Positions 27,102 to 41,393 of a stretch of 64,000 nt of DNA are shown here, in pieces. The position numbers and the translations under genes were made by a program. The notes under the pieces were generated by a model. It was not told the origin of the DNA. It did not search any database and saw nothing but the letters and a program-made list of their open reading frames with translations. Origin of the DNA: Kondoa subrosea (lineage: Eukaryota); the NCBI GenBank assembly GCA_039545335.1, contig BCIN01000003.1:124001-188000 (forward strand). Direction: 5' to 3'. The first letter of the stretch is position 1, and every line of letters begins with the position of its first letter.

Positions 27102-28738
27102 CTAGACTTGCTGCTCGCTGCCTTCGGCTCTCAATGGATAGCTGACAGCTCCCTTTGTGGTAGCACAGCTTGAAGGAGTTGTGCTGTTTACCGGAAGATA
27201 GTGATCGTCTTGAGGTCGACCATATACGTTCGACTAATTTCATAAAAGCACAATCAGACGACAATTTCGCGAGCAAAGTAGGTATACATACGTAGTACCA
27301 AGCTTCACTGATGTATGTTCTGCCTCCGTCACTTGTTCCAGCTCCAGCATCGGTTTCGTTATATCTAGGTCCAGAGCACCCGACCTGGAACACCATTCAA
27401 TTACCGAGTCCAAGTCTAAAGATGACGAGTGCACTCACATAAGGAACAGCTCCATAGCGTTCATACAAAGTATCCTCGAATTGCGACAGAGAGTATTTAG
27501 TAGAATTGCTCTATTGCTCGACATATCGGATAATATCCACTTTTCAGAAGAAACAGACATACTGGGACTATTCCAGCTTCAGCAAGCCAATCGTAAGTAG
27601 GCAATTCTTTTTGGCCTGCGACGGCAGTCTCGAGGAAATCGATGATTTCTTCGTGCTCGACGTATTTAGGTCCGTAGCATTGAGTTTGGAAAGTACTGAA
27701 GCAAGTCTAAGTCAAGCCCTGATAAGAGTTTACTTGCAAGAGGATCAAATAGAATCTTACAGCGTGTTTTGAGAACTGTTATGGCAAGACCAGAAAAAGC
27801 AATCAGTCGCGCTTGGGCAAAATGGGAGACGTGGAACTAACTTCATGAGCCCAAAGAACCTCATTAGGCTGCCCGCGAGAGATCCAGTAGCTATTCCAAT
27901 CCATCAGATCTAGGTATATCATTCACGAGGGATGTGGACTGACGTATTCATGTACTTGAGCAGATCTAATGCTCCAAATGCTTCGATAAAGCTAGTGAAA
28001 CCAGCTCCAGTCCAAGCTGGAGCAGTACTGTTAGGTGCACCAAACAGAGGTTGTGAAGAATCTGGATCTGGATCGTATTCTAGTAATCCAATAGAGTTCT
28101 TGTCAGTTAGAGGAGAGCAAGACAGTTGCGTGACTCACGACGCGAGAGGTCGCAGTACTCTGTAAGTATTGTCAGTTGGTCAAAATACTTGTAACAAACC
28201 AGACGCACGAGTGTAAGACCCATTGCAATAGTCAGGCCAAAGTCCATGACTACCCACAATCTGTCAACTTCAAGCAGGATGCGAAGGATAGGGGTGAAGA
28301 CTGACATTCCCCAGCTTTTGGCTGGTAATTTCTGTCCTTGCGCTTCCAATCCAGTATAAGTAGTCCAAAATTGAGTCTGCAATCGAAATTCATTCATCGT
28401 CGTTCTCAGGGAAGAAGTGAGTCCGTACCAGTAAAACCAGACCGCCGAAAGTTTCTACGCAGCATGAGTCCACCGAAGGCGTCAATGCTGCTCGAAGTTC
28501 TAATCAGTATTTGTATATAGCTGATGAGGGATCCACCGACTGAGGTTAGCTCCCTTACTGCATGAGAGAGCTGGACTAGTGTTCAGAACACAAGTATGGT
28601 TGTAAGCTGATTGATTACTGCAAAGAAAGTTATATGAGATGAGCTTAAGAAATGACGCCGGGTATCGGATAAGACGAACGGATAGATCTGAGCGTGAATT
28701 GTAGCTGCTCCGATAAGCAATAGAAGAACAGATAACAT
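27102..28738 (-). CDS. Ribonuclease T2 family, secreted
   Basis: Signal peptide MLSVLLLLIGAATIHA, then 'DSCCVETFGGLV', 'QTQFW', CAS I 'HGLWPDYCNGSY', CAS II 'LWAHE..KHA' and 'LPTYDWLAEAGIVP'. Confidence 0.92.
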
Positions 28739-29289
28739 CTCTGTACGATAAGAGTGAAGATTGCGGGAGAAAGAGAGATAGCATGCGGAAGACTGATTTC
28801 AAGCCAACGTGGGCTAGTGATGTTTCTAGGACCCCTTGGCCAAATTATTCAGCACAAGAGTACAAGAACGTGTTGAATACTCTCAGGATGCCAGCGAAGC
28901 AGATGGGCAGGAGTGCAGCCGCGCAATGCAGCCACTTGATAGCGAGAAGTTGTCGCGTAGACAAATGTTGCAGAAGCAGAATGTGTTCATTTGGAATAGT
29001 GTAAATAGGAGTATGAGGTGCCATACTATATATTGCAGGCTCTCTGCAGCTAGAGCTTATCCGACGAGCTGTCACATTGCAACATTCTTCGACTTTTTAC
29101 TTTTTACGTTCTTCGAGCTCCACCGTGGAATTGATTGCTGTCTAGTTGATCTATGCTGACGAGCCGGCCTCTTGTTCACTAGGAAGCGGTGACTTGGACA
29201 AAAAGTCGCGTCGATGTCAAAGAAAACAAACGGATCTCGCTAGACTTCCTTTCTCTCTCTCTCCTTCTTTCTGCAACAACGGTCCAACA

Positions 29290-32200
29290 ATGGCCACTGC
29301 AGCAGCTTCAAGCCCTCGTTCAGATCTACTGGCGCAGATAGCCAATGCTCTGCCAGCTCAAGCAAATGTCGCTTCACCCACTTCCAAAGTCCACGATTTC
29401 GTTTCCAAAGCTGACTTATGGAAGAATCAAATGGCAGCTCTAGACAATGTCCCTGATGATGAAGCGGAAATTGAACGTGTAGCTGCCAAATTTGTAGCAG
29501 AAAACACGCGTAAAGCAATTCCAGCTGCATCGACTCTGTCGGCTTCCTCTTCTTCAGACTTGTCTGCTCTCCCTTCTGATGCAACTTCCTCTCAACAAGA
29601 ATACCAAGGTGATGAGACTGTTCCTACTTCTCCTGAAGTTTCCCAATCGCAAGATTCGCCAGTAGCCATCAAACCCTCTGCTTCCACTTCTTCGCGTCCC
29701 TTGAAACGTCCTAGAATACAAGACTCTGAAGATGAAGATGAAGATCATTTACCTGATACTACTAATACAGTCGCTTCTTTCAAACCTTCAGCATCAGCTC
29801 CACCAAGTGCGGAAGACAGAATGCAAGATTTGAAACAACATGCAATAAATATGGCAAAGCAACGTAAGACCAACGTCTTTTCCAAGAAAACTACTGTACA
29901 AGCTTCTGATAATGAAGAGGATTCAAACAAGTATGGAAAGAAAGCTTGGGAAGATGCTGAAATCGATAGCGATGAAGATATGTTATCTAGAAGAAAAGGA
30001 AAGAAAGCTAAGAAGCCAAAGGTGGGCTCTCTCATCAATGCTTTTGCCAGATCACTAACCCTGAGATGTGTCATGTAGCAGAAGAAATCCTTATCTAAAG
30101 CGCAATTGGCCGAAATGAATGCTACCACTGCAGAGCTCAAGCGACGTAAGCATCTTTCTTCTCTGGACAATCGATGTCCATTTAAGAATGGTCTTACAGG
30201 CGGGACCACGCGTATTGAGCCCGGGGCCAAGACAATCCGAACTTTGACGGAAGTATTTAACAAGTTGTTCGTCCACCGTTTCGCTTCGGATCTAGTCGCA
30301 TCGAGATCTCATGATTTGTGCTTGCAGTCACAAAAATGGTGCAACCAAGTTCGCTCAACATACTTCTTCCTCTTCTGCAAGACCCTCTTCCTCAAAAGCC
30401 ATTGTCATCGACAGCTCGAACGATGTTGATGTTTTACCACCCTCTACAGCTTTGGAAGAATATGCTCAACGAGATGTGGTAGACGATGTGGAGTCTTACA
30501 ACGCTGACGCTTACCTCGATTCTCAATCGCAGTCTCAAACTTGTTACATTACTCACAAACGGAACCAATCCAGTCCTATCGAAGACACTACTTCTCCTTC
30601 CATGAAGATGGATATCGATGATATGAATGATGATCTACCCGATGCGAATACACATAGCAAGAAGATTTACGCAGTGAACCAGCAGAAGACTACCACTGTT
30701 GCTTTATCAGATTCCTCAGATTCCGATATTGAAATCATCCACACTAAACCTGCTACTACCAAAGTATCTTCTCCTATCAAAATCAATACCAAGAAGAAAG
30801 ATCCTAGAGCTCAACTCCTCGATTTCGTTGCCTTAAAAACGAAACAAGCTTCTCGAGCTTCTTCAACTGTACCTCCACCTTCTTCTTCTTCAATCCAAGC
30901 AATGTCCGAAACTCAATTTGTCAAAGGAGGGAAAACTTTTGGTGCACCTGTCAAAAGATCTAAAGCTCCTTTACCTTCTTCTCTAGCTTCTACTTCAGCA
31001 GCTGCTTCTATTGGAAGACCTACAGCTCCAACTAATACTTCTGTTAATCTCAACGCTTCTCTTTTGGCAAAGAGTCAGAAACAAGGTTTAGCTGATAGGA
31101 AGAAGAGACAGGAATTGTACAAAGCTAAGGGAGGTCAAGAGAGGAAACAAATTGTTGGTAGCACTAGTGTTGTTGATGGTGAAAAGAGTAAAGAAGCGAT
31201 TTCGAGATTGGCTTTGAAAGCGAAAACTAATGAAGAAGTTGATGAGGAAGAGGATGATGATGATGATTATAATCCTGCCTTGGTGGAAGAGATGGAGTTG
31301 GCAGGACCTCTTGAAGCTGGTAGTGGTTCAGAAGCTGAGAACGAAGCTGGATCCAACGAAGAGCAAGATGAAGATGACGATGAGGAGCAAGAAGAAGATG
31401 ATAAGACTGAACCTGCTGATTCTCCTATGAAAATTCAACAAGATCCTGATACTTCTTTCGATATGGAATCTTTTGCTCAAAGAAGAGCCGCATCTGGTTT
31501 ACATGATTCTTCTACTTTCATTGAATCTGCTCCAAAAGCTGGTCCTGCGATTGACATGCTGGAGAAACCTTTGGGTCATTATATTGCTGGCGAAGATCAA
31601 CCATTAGGTTTCAGTCAAGGGTTCAGTCAGATGTTTGAAGATGAAGCTCCTCAGGCTACTTTTGCTGTGAGTTGATTCCTCATTCCGCAAGATAGGAGCG
31701 CGATCTTATGTGTTGAACAGGATAATCTCTTCGTTGCCGAACCTACTCAAGCTTTCTTGCGTCAAGAAGCTGCATTCCCTGAAATGAATGTACCAGATGA
31801 TGTCCGAGATCGAATCATGGATCGTGAGGTTGAAGAAGGTTTCAACAACTTCATTGAGAAGCCTGTAGAAGTCGCTCCGGAAATGTTTGTCAATGCTCAA
31901 GGGTGAGTATTTGCGGAGCATTCGTTTATGCCCAAACCTGACATAGATCTGTTATCCAGTCTACTGACTCAAAACCGACCGGAAGATCTTATATATGATC
32001 AAGCGTGTACTCAAGATCCAGCAGCGGGGATCATGAACTCTCCTGTTCGAACTATACCAGGCTTTGAAGATTCTGACGAAGATTCCGATACCGAAGCTCA
32101 ATCACTTTCTCGGAAGGATAAGATCCAAAAGATTGTTGATTCGGAATCAGAAGCCGAAGAAGAAGAAACAGAAGCACAAAGGCCAGCTAAAATAGTCAAA

Positions 32201-33584
32201 GTCACTTTCCCCAATCCCATTGAAGAAGATGAATTGCTGGAAGCGGATACAACTGTTCAATCACCTGCTCCTATCAACGCTTTCTCAGTCATGACTGAAG
32301 CAGCTGCCGGCGGTTCGAAGCAGATCAAGAAGAAGAAGGAAAAGAAACGCAATGCTTATATTGGTGATCAAGCTGCTGAATCAGAAGAAGACGAACGTTT
32401 TGGTGGCTTCATGACTGGCGGAAAGACGAATCAAGACGATGATGAGAAAGACGATGGCAGTGATCAAGATGTCAATCTTGAAGAATTGGTCGATGATGAG
32501 AAAGTCGACGCCGAACAACAAGCAGAGCAAGATAAATTAGCTGCTGAACGCTATCAGTATGTTGCTTCTTGACGATGGATTTGACATTGCTCACATCAAT
32601 TTGCAGGGAACAAGTTGGCGTTGATGATGCCCGTCTGCAAAAGCGAATCGAAAAGGATACGACCGGTCTTTGGCGAAAGAAGCGTGGACCTGGAGATCTG
32701 CTGTCCGATTCAGACTACTCTGATGATGAGTTCGGCAAGTCGAGGAATAAGAGCTCGAAGGCAAAGAAGCGAAAGATCGAGGGCGATAAGATGGACGATA
32801 TTGGTGAGCCGTAGCGCGTCTCCTTGTCGTTTAGCGATTGACCATTTCGATAGCTAACAACGAGGAAACGCAATCTTTCGCTAAGGCGTATCAAGAAACC
32901 TATATACCGATCGAGAAAACTGGTGATGTTGACTTTTTGCATGCATCAGAAGGACCAGAAGCGAATGATAGCGATGAAGAGGACGAGCCGATGCCAAAAT
33001 CCGGCCCTGTCCGAATCATGACCATAGCGGAACAGCGAGCAGAAATCAATAAGCTGATTGCAGTAAGTCGGATTATCTTGCACGAGGATCCAGGCTCATG
33101 CGAGCTTTCATTAGAATGGAGGCACCCTGCGAAAAGAAGATCAAGCAGCTATGCCGAGCAGCGATCGCTCGCCAGAAAATCGACTACCACTCATCAGAGA
33201 TCGCACCTTAGTCAGAGCCAATACACAGCCAACAGCTTGGACAACAAATAGGGATCAGTTCGATGATCTTGACGTGAGCCTCATTCTATCGCGCAATGTG
33301 ATTCCAGCTGACTGTCTTGACAGAACGAATACTCATTCCACAAAGCTCACGACACTGCTCATACCAAAGCACTCCGGGAAAAAGAAGCCAAGGAAGAAGC
33401 GCAAGGCAGCGGCACTACTGGCAAATCTGGTGGCGCTCATTCCAGTGTTACCAGCTTCATTGCCAAAGGTCAGAAGAAGACGAATCCAGGCCGGAGTTCC
33501 TCAATGCCAGACATGACAAAGAGAACGAATAGCAAGACAGGAAAAGGTCTTGGCGAAGCTGCCCGACGCTCGGTTTTCAGGTAG
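29290..33584 (+). CDS. MRC1: Mrc1/claspin-like replication checkpoint mediator
   Basis: Very long acidic low-complexity protein with SQ/TQ sites. C-terminal MRC1-like segment 'RNAYIGDQAAESEEDERFGG...DVNLEELVDDE...DDARLQK..KD.TG.WRKKRG..LSDSD...NEETQSFAKAY'. Confidence 0.78.
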
Positions 33585-33663
33585 TTGACTTCAGAAACAT
33601 GTATTTCTTTTGTACATATATACATAGCACATCATTGCATAATTACACAGTTCAGTATCCCCA

Positions 33664-36209
33664 TCACCTTCTTATCCGATATGCAGCTCTTCTGAGCAGT
33701 CTTCGGAAACGGGATCTTTGCGGACGGGGTTTGCAATTCAGCACTTTCTGCTTGTCGTGACTGCCCGACGAAGTGGACTTGGGATCAGAATCATCAGAAG
33801 TTGGAGTATTACCGTCCTCGCCAGAATTGCTAGAAGTCCCAGAAGAAGCTTCATCATCTGTGCTGTTCGACGATTTGCCTTGACTACTTCCACCTCCACC
33901 TGAGCCGTCGTTATCATCCACCGTAGGAGCTTTGCTAGGACTCTTTTGACAACTCGCTCCCATAATGGGTGACAGAGCGCACTATAGTAAAGATCAGTTT
34001 TGGATTTGCGTAAAGTAAAGCAGAACATGCGGCTCCAGCTGGCGGTTTAGTACCTGGAGGACCTATTTCCAATATGAGATTATGAGAGCAGATCGGAGAT
34101 TTCAGGCTTGCCTTCAAAACCAGTCGAAGGGGACAACAACTCTGGCTTCGTGTTGCACTTTGACATGTCGGTACTGGCACCAAAAGGAAAGCAGCCTGGA
34201 AGATTTGGTATCACGCCTAATACCTGCTCATCGACATCGGGAGTCTGGTAGAACTCGTTAAGTCTCGTGGTAAGAAGCTGAAAGAAGTCAAAACTTGCCT
34301 TGAAACAATAGGCACCCTCTGGTTTGACGTCAAACATCTTACATCCTGTGACATCTCCAGCAGCTGAAGAAAATTCATCAGTGTATCTAGCAGCGATCAC
34401 CAATTAACTTACCATTTGTAGCTTTGTTACAGTTCTTCAGCGCATCTGCCAATACACTGCTATCCCATCCTGATATATAATGAGTGAGTGAAGTGAGCAG
34501 ACTGTAATTCGATTCGAAGTGACACACCATTCACAAAGTCTGCATGCAATCCCTGAATGGGATCGTTAGGCTGATATCCAGTCTGAAACAGGCAACGAAC
34601 ATAACCCCTTCACAAAGCATGTCAGTTCCTTACGGGACTTGCTGGAATAAATCAGTACGTACGTATCATCTCCCTAAAAATAATACATCAGAACATTACG
34701 ACAGAAGATAGCCGAAACGCACCATAGCATAGACAAAGGGTTGCGTTTTGTTGTAAGCTTGGTCCCACAAATCTTTGAAGGGAGCTGTCTCCCATATCAA
34801 CTCAAAGAAAATGCGCGCATAATGTTGTGGATGCTGCATAGAGATCAGACGATCGGCAGCAAATAATCGGAATTCAGTCTCACACTATCGGGACTGTAAG
34901 CAAAAGTCAATGCCGTCAGTCTGAATCTCGCGAGTAATTATGAACACGCACCAGATGATCCCGTCTTCTACCGCTTCGCCTTTCCAGTCGGTACCAGGAT
35001 TTTGCGGGTAGACGACATGATCCTGATTCTGCACCAGCAATTCGGTGCAATGTCAATTTCCTTGAATTAGGATTTGCGCGGTTGATCAACTCACCAAAGG
35101 ATTTGACGAGGAAGGCTGACCATTTCCGCAATGAGGCATTGTCACTTGACCGCGGATTTGACCACAGTAATAAGGAGGTAGCTGAAGATGACACAAGATT
35201 AGCCAACGGACATCAAAGAACAGCACAGATGCGTACAGGCGCAGCTTCGACAAGATTGTGAGCACCTTCAGCTGGGGTCAACAGACGAGTAAGCCCGAAT
35301 CAGATTTTTATTGCAGAATATTACCTTGCAAGCATTTGTGCTTCACAGCTATTTGTCGATCAGCCGAGAAAAAAGTCTTTTGTAGATAGAACTGACCTTG
35401 ATTAGACCACTGATTAGGATCAAAAGTCCGCCGTGTTGGAGAACCTCCAAGATTGACGAAGTTCTCTGGAAAAGGAACGCTTCGATGTTCAATGAGCGCA
35501 AACATGAGCGAGAAGGTGATTGCTGCTCAAGATATTCACCCACGCGGAACTATCATCTGGATAGAAGTAATAAGTCGTGAAGGTCACGTCGACTGAAGCG
35601 AAAGAGCCACTATAGCAGTCAAGAAGCATAGACATAAGCGAATATCCCCTACTGAAAAGGTTCTTGACATACTTGGCGAAAGCAAAATAGAGGTTGGGAA
35701 ACCAGTAATCTATACATGCGATCAGCAAAGCTTATCTGCGCATGATGAGACTGACTACTCATGTCCTGTCTATACGTGATTCTATCAGCCATGTCGTTAC
35801 ACGGAGATTAGACTGGCTGACTTGACCGGTGTTGTGCTACATGTAGCATTCTGTAAGCCTGCCGTTTTGACAGAATTGATGCCAAAGTTAGAGCTACCAT
35901 ATATGACGTGGCTATGCGCTGATAATCCATTTGGACTAGAGCATTATGAGACCATGACAAGTAGGATCAGACACATATGACCCACTTGACGATTGCTGCG
36001 AGCCCGAATAATCAGAACATCCGCAAGAATAGGGCAGAGCTACTGACGATCAACTCTTTCGGAAACCAGTCCTGCGCCCTGTTCAGAGTCTTTTAAGCAG
36101 CTGGTAGCAACACATAGCTGTTACGTACGTTCATGAATGCCATTCGCCAGAATCCAGCAACATGTCCAAAGCAAACAAAGAAAAGAAAGCAAATGGTCCG
36201 CGGAGTCAT
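33664..36209 (-). CDS. Secreted DUF1996-domain protein with many small exons
   Basis: Signal peptide followed by 'FWRM'. Motifs 'IPAGFRIM', 'IFFELIWET..F..LW......QPFVYAM', 'HADFVN', 'GWD', 'LPGC.P', then a Ser/Asp linker and basic tail. Confidence 0.82.
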
Positions 36210-37458
36210 GTCGCTTCGGAAGGTTAGAGAGACAGTAAAGAGCGGACAGAGACTATGCAATCTCCAGGTCAAACAATGCAGGGCAGCATAGATGGTTCAA
36301 CAGAGAGATTGACATTTCTCTCGACTCTTCGAAGTGACAAAGGGAACTTCGCTATTCGGCAGGTGAGCTCTCGCTCGGCGCCCAGGAATAGCACGAAAGT
36401 CATGAAAGTTATGGCCAAAACGTGTTCTGCGTGTCTTCACAATTGATGAAAACGCAGGCGTTGCTCGAGTTAAAACAGCCAAAGCCTTATCAAGCCAGAC
36501 AGAAATACGGAGTAGAGCTGCTCAGAGCTATAGCAGGCGCAGGATGAATATTGACAACGTGAGTCCAGCACCGCACACGGGCAATCCAAGCAGAAAATGA
36601 TTGTATAAACAGGCAGAATTGCAGCAATACTGCGAGAAGTACCCTGTGCAAGCTGGATCTCTGGCCCACGCATACGCAGATCTGAAGTTATGTGGGTGCT
36701 CGACTGTTATCAGACAAGAGTAGCATCATTGATTCCGGCAGCAGCACAAAATTGGCAAAATCTGTCTTTTCAGGAGCTGGAATCTGGCTTAGGATGTCTG
36801 CTGAAAGGCTATCCTCCCAATCAGGTAAGCGAGATCATGACCAGGTAGAGAAGGGTCGAGCTAATCTTCACTTTAGACAGCTGCACGCTATGTCTATCCT
36901 ATGCATCTCAATAAGCCAACGAACTTCTCGCGGTAAGACTATGTCTCGTGCATGATAGAAAGACGCTGATCCTTCGTCCTAGATTGCAGAAAATTGTTAG
37001 ATCAACCGATGTTAAAGAAGTGACTTTGGGCATTGTTTCACCTGACGGAGCGATAGTATACTATTTCCTAAGGGACGGGATAGTCTGTGAGTACTTCTTG
37101 CTTCTGCGCTGCATCCGATCCTGATTCTCATGACATGCAGCGCCGAAAGAAGCGCCAGATGCCTAAGAGGGCGTCCATCGCTCTCGTTTGGCATGCTGGA
37201 AGCAAACACGAACTCTTCAACAACCTGACGACTACTAAGGTATGCAGTGTCCATCCACTTGCATCGCTACACTGCTTGATGCTTGATATTTTAGCAGATG
37301 TAATCGCAAGAATACGACGCTGAGCGGTATCGATCTACCACTATCAACAGCGCAAATTCATCGCATCTCATACCAAGCAATGCAGATTCTCATTCCAACT
37401 TGTATATATGTATAATGCTGAAATCTAAATTATCTGTACTATGTCCTGCATCCCGAGT

Positions 37459-39074
37459 TTACAAAGAGCTCTGCTTCTTTGGTGCTTCAACAAAAGCAGT
37501 GTACGAGACCAATTTACCCTTGATAGTGAATTCCGTTCCTGCAGCAATAAAGAACGTCTGTCCTTCCCTGACCAGATTGACTGATTTCCCACCAAAAGAT
37601 AAAGTACCAGTTTCACCCTTTGCGATTTCAGTGACGATGAAGATGGATGGTCCATCAACTGCTGGTAAGACTTCTTCACCACCTTCTTTCAGCAGATCGG
37701 TAAGCAAAACACTGAATTCCTCAATTGGTGGATCGTATAGTGTGGTATGAGAGGAGGTAGAGCCTTTCGGATATGCTGAAGGTTGCATCAGCTGGGTTGA
37801 AGAAGGTCCCCAAGTATAGGTAAGCATTGAAACCAAAGTTGGTACATCGCGCAATTTCGGTGTGAGACCAGCTCGAACAACGTTATCTGTCAGAAAGATA
37901 GTCTCCTTAAGACAATATAGTCTCAAACCGGACTACCCACTGACCTGATGTAGCCATACATTCCATAATTTCTGATAAACTACTTGTCAGCAGAATAGAG
38001 ACGATGATGCAGGACACTTACGACCCGACAAGTATGCATGAGGTTCATTTGCCTCAAGGAAGACAGCTTGACCAGGTTTGAGGGAAACGACATTGAGCAA
38101 GAACGAGCAGAAGATGCCAACATCGTCCGGGAATTGCTCATTCAATCTAATAACCAATTCTTCCATTGTACCCATCTCTAATTCCTTTGATTCACTCTTT
38201 CCAGTCTGTTTCTGGAACCTAGCGACCAAAGCTTGAACTTGAGGTTTGACCATCTTTTCCGCATCAGCATTCATCAAAGCAGCAAAGAGTTCTCTTAATG
38301 CTTTCTGAAGTTGGCCAACTTCTTCTGAAGGACCCGACTTGACTGATTTAGCGTTCCGCGACAAGACTTCCTCAGAGGAGACAGCTGAAACTGCTTTACT
38401 GAAAGCTTCTGCTTGTTCAGATCCAACAACTTGTTTGAATTCTGGAACTGTATCGAGGAAGTTGACGATCTCTTTCAGTGGTCGGAAACCGCAGAACCCA
38501 GAGAAATCGGTAAGTGCTATGGCCATTTCAGGCTGAAACGATGTGAGATTGAGCTGTCAGCATGAGAGTAGAAGCATACCTTGTGATTAGGATCTGTGAG
38601 AGGGCGATGAGCCGCGTTCGAAGCTAGAGAAAAGCAAAAGCCGACCTTTGTATACATCAGGCCGATCCTTATGTAACTTCTTCCCAAGCTCCTTGTCTGG
38701 GTGAGCTTGAATACTGAGAGCCTTACCAACTGCCAAGACTTTGAACAAGAAGGGCAGATCATCGGCTTCGTAATACTTTCGCACGCTGTCGCCTAGCAAC
38801 TGAGGGTTCTTGTGAATATAGTCTGACAGAGCTTCGTCTGAAGAAAGAACGCGAGATGGTAGAGAAGGATGTGTTCCCATCCAGAGCTAAGCAATCACAG
38901 CTCTTAGCTGCTGCCTTCATCGCGAGCTTCAGTTTCACACACCTCTGCATAGGGCTTCTTCTCATCGTACTCGAAGTTAGGCAAGCCCTTCGCGTAATGC
39001 GCGACTTTAGATTTAGGTCCTAGAGCTCCCCATTCATAGGACTGAGCTGCTCCTGCGATTTCGAAAACTGACAT
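37459..39074 (-). CDS. PMI40: Mannose-6-phosphate isomerase (class I)
   Basis: 'QSYEWG', 'PYAE|LWMGTHPS.PS', 'LPFLFKVL...KALSIQAHPDK', 'DPNHK|PEMAIALT.F.GFCGFRP', 'FL.ANEPHAYLSG' and 'DNVVRAGLTPK'. Confidence 0.98.
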
Positions 39075-39124
39075 GGTGTTACGCGAAAGAAAGAAAGATT
39101 CCAAGCAACAACTGATTCATTGTT

Positions 39125-40964
39125 TCATGCTGCAGCATCTAATAAAGCCCCTTTCCACTCCTGTAACAATGCAGGAGCTGGCTGTCTAGCATCTGCAAAC
39201 GTCTCGCTCCAAGCACACATGACTTCAAGCAACCTTTGCGGAGTCTTCGCGACCACTTGTAATCCTAACGCTCGACCATTCTTCCTCGAGAATCCGAGAG
39301 GTAGCGTTCCAAAGGGAAAACGACCAGCCGCTGCTACTGCCAGGCAAATTGGTCCTTCAGGCGCCAGAATGCAATCCAGATCTTGATCGACAAAGTACCG
39401 GTCGAAAGCAGCCCCAGCTATAGAGCGGGTCTTTTGCTTGATCTGTTCAATGTCCTCGTTCGTGTATTTGCTAGTAAGAGAAGCTTCGAGAGCTTGCTGA
39501 CCAGGATAGCCTTGTGAAATGCATTAGTACCTCCATACTACCTAGCCAATATATTTTTCACTCACCATCAGGCATTGCATCTTTCTCATTCATCTTATTG
39601 AAATCGACGAGTGCCTGTAGAGTTCTCACGGGTGGATTTTCATATCTGCTCATAAAGTCTTTAAAGCCAGGAGCATTATAATGAGCTGTAGTTGCACATC
39701 AGTCTTTCTATCGCGTGCAGCAAATTCAATGACTCACAAACAGTGACACCGATAGGATCATCCATGCCCACTGCGATCTCTAACTCTTTGTAGGTCGGAA
39801 AATCAATGTCAGGCTCGACGCTTGCGCCGAGGATCTTGATAGCGTTAATAGCTTGATCTTTCAATGCTTTCTATTCATTGAATAAGCAAACAAACGTCGG
39901 TCTGGCTGAAAAAGCTTCACATATTCCGCATCTATATCCTCATCAACGGTTCGCAACTGTCCTGTGAGTTGCCAAGCGAAGAAATCCAACGTCCCAACAG
40001 CAAGATCTTTCCATTGCACAGGAATTCGAGGTATCGAAAGACTCCAATCGTTGCAGATGACGTTGAGAAGTAGAGCTGCATCTTCTGGTGACTTGCCATA
40101 AGTTCCAATACTTAGCCATTGACATGGTTGAACTCCAGTCAAGTCACAAGCATCGAAAGGTGCTTTGATGCCATATAAAGCTGCTCGATTACCAGGTTGC
40201 ACAATTGAACCAATGCACTCTGTACCGATAGATATAGGAGCGCTGTAAAAACGTCCAGTCTAGTTCTAGATGCGAAGAAGGAACTTACAAGCCCGCTGTG
40301 ACTGCTACCGCTGAACCTGAACTAGATCCTCCCGGAGTATGATGATCTAATGCTTTGCTGCCTGGTGGAACACCACCTGATATATAAGGCGATAAAGTTT
40401 GACCGCCTACTGGGGAATAGCCTGATGGAAGAGAAGGGATCGACTTCCAGCTGCCAAGCTCCTATGCAGTAGTGAATTCAAATTTGATAACTTGAGTCAA
40501 TGGCAAGACTAACGGTGAGATTGGCTTTCGCTATGGGGATCAGACCAGCATCCAGTAACTTAGTGACTAGTACTGCATCTTCTTTCCCCATTTGATCTTT
40601 CAGAGCAAAAGCACCGCATGTTGTTGGCATTTCCAGAGAAGGTGTCAGAATACAGTCCTGTTTTACGAAATTAGTATGAATTGTCAATCACACAGCTCTA
40701 GCTTACCTTTAGTATGACAGGAATACCATGTAGAGGCGATCTGATCTTGCCCTCTGAGCGTTCTTCATCCAGAGTTCGGGCTCGCTTGACCAATAGATCT
40801 CGAGGAGCTATAGAAATGATAGCATTAAGATGAAGACCTTTATGATTGTGGTCTTCTATCTGATCAAGACAGGCTAGAAGCAGTTTCTCGCTTGACAACT
40901 CGCCAGATGCCATTTGGACTTGGAGCTCGACAGCCGTCCAGCGAAGCAAATCCAGTTTCACCAT
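39125..40964 (-). CDS. Amidase signature family enzyme
   Basis: '[11 protein letters not shown]', 'MPTTCG', 'KANLT', '[15 protein letters not shown]', '[23 protein letters not shown]' and 'PLGTLPLGF..NGRALGL'. Confidence 0.92.
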
Positions 40965-41393
40965 GCTGGAAACGAGAGAAGAGAGGAAGAAAGCAATCCA
41001 GTACAGCCTCAACAAAGAAAGAGCAAAGTAAGCAATGAATCTCAAAGGTCAGAAGTCGTCTAAATCTTGTTCGGGTCACTGCATAAGCGTGACAGGCTGT
41101 TTTGCTCAGCTCCTCCACTATCTGCATAGTGTAAGCATGGAATCTATATGGATGTGTCTGGACAAGCGCGCTCTCAAAGTTTCGAGATTTGCTCTTGACC
41201 TGGGGTGCCATATCAGTAACAAACCATGCCTACCGCTCGCTAGACGATCTTGCTCTCTACCTTTAGTGCCTTCATTACAGTCATGTATCGCGTGGTGTAT
41301 TCTTCACGTGAAGCTATTCCGGCCGGAGTCATGCTTATCCTTCCTGCTTGATTCTTGAATACTGTCGTCCATCTGCCTATATATCAGATCAGC

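Noticed and set aside
36250..37400. Possible small gene between DUF1996 and PMI
   Set aside because: Some splice-like signals near 37240-37300, but I could not build a coherent reading frame.
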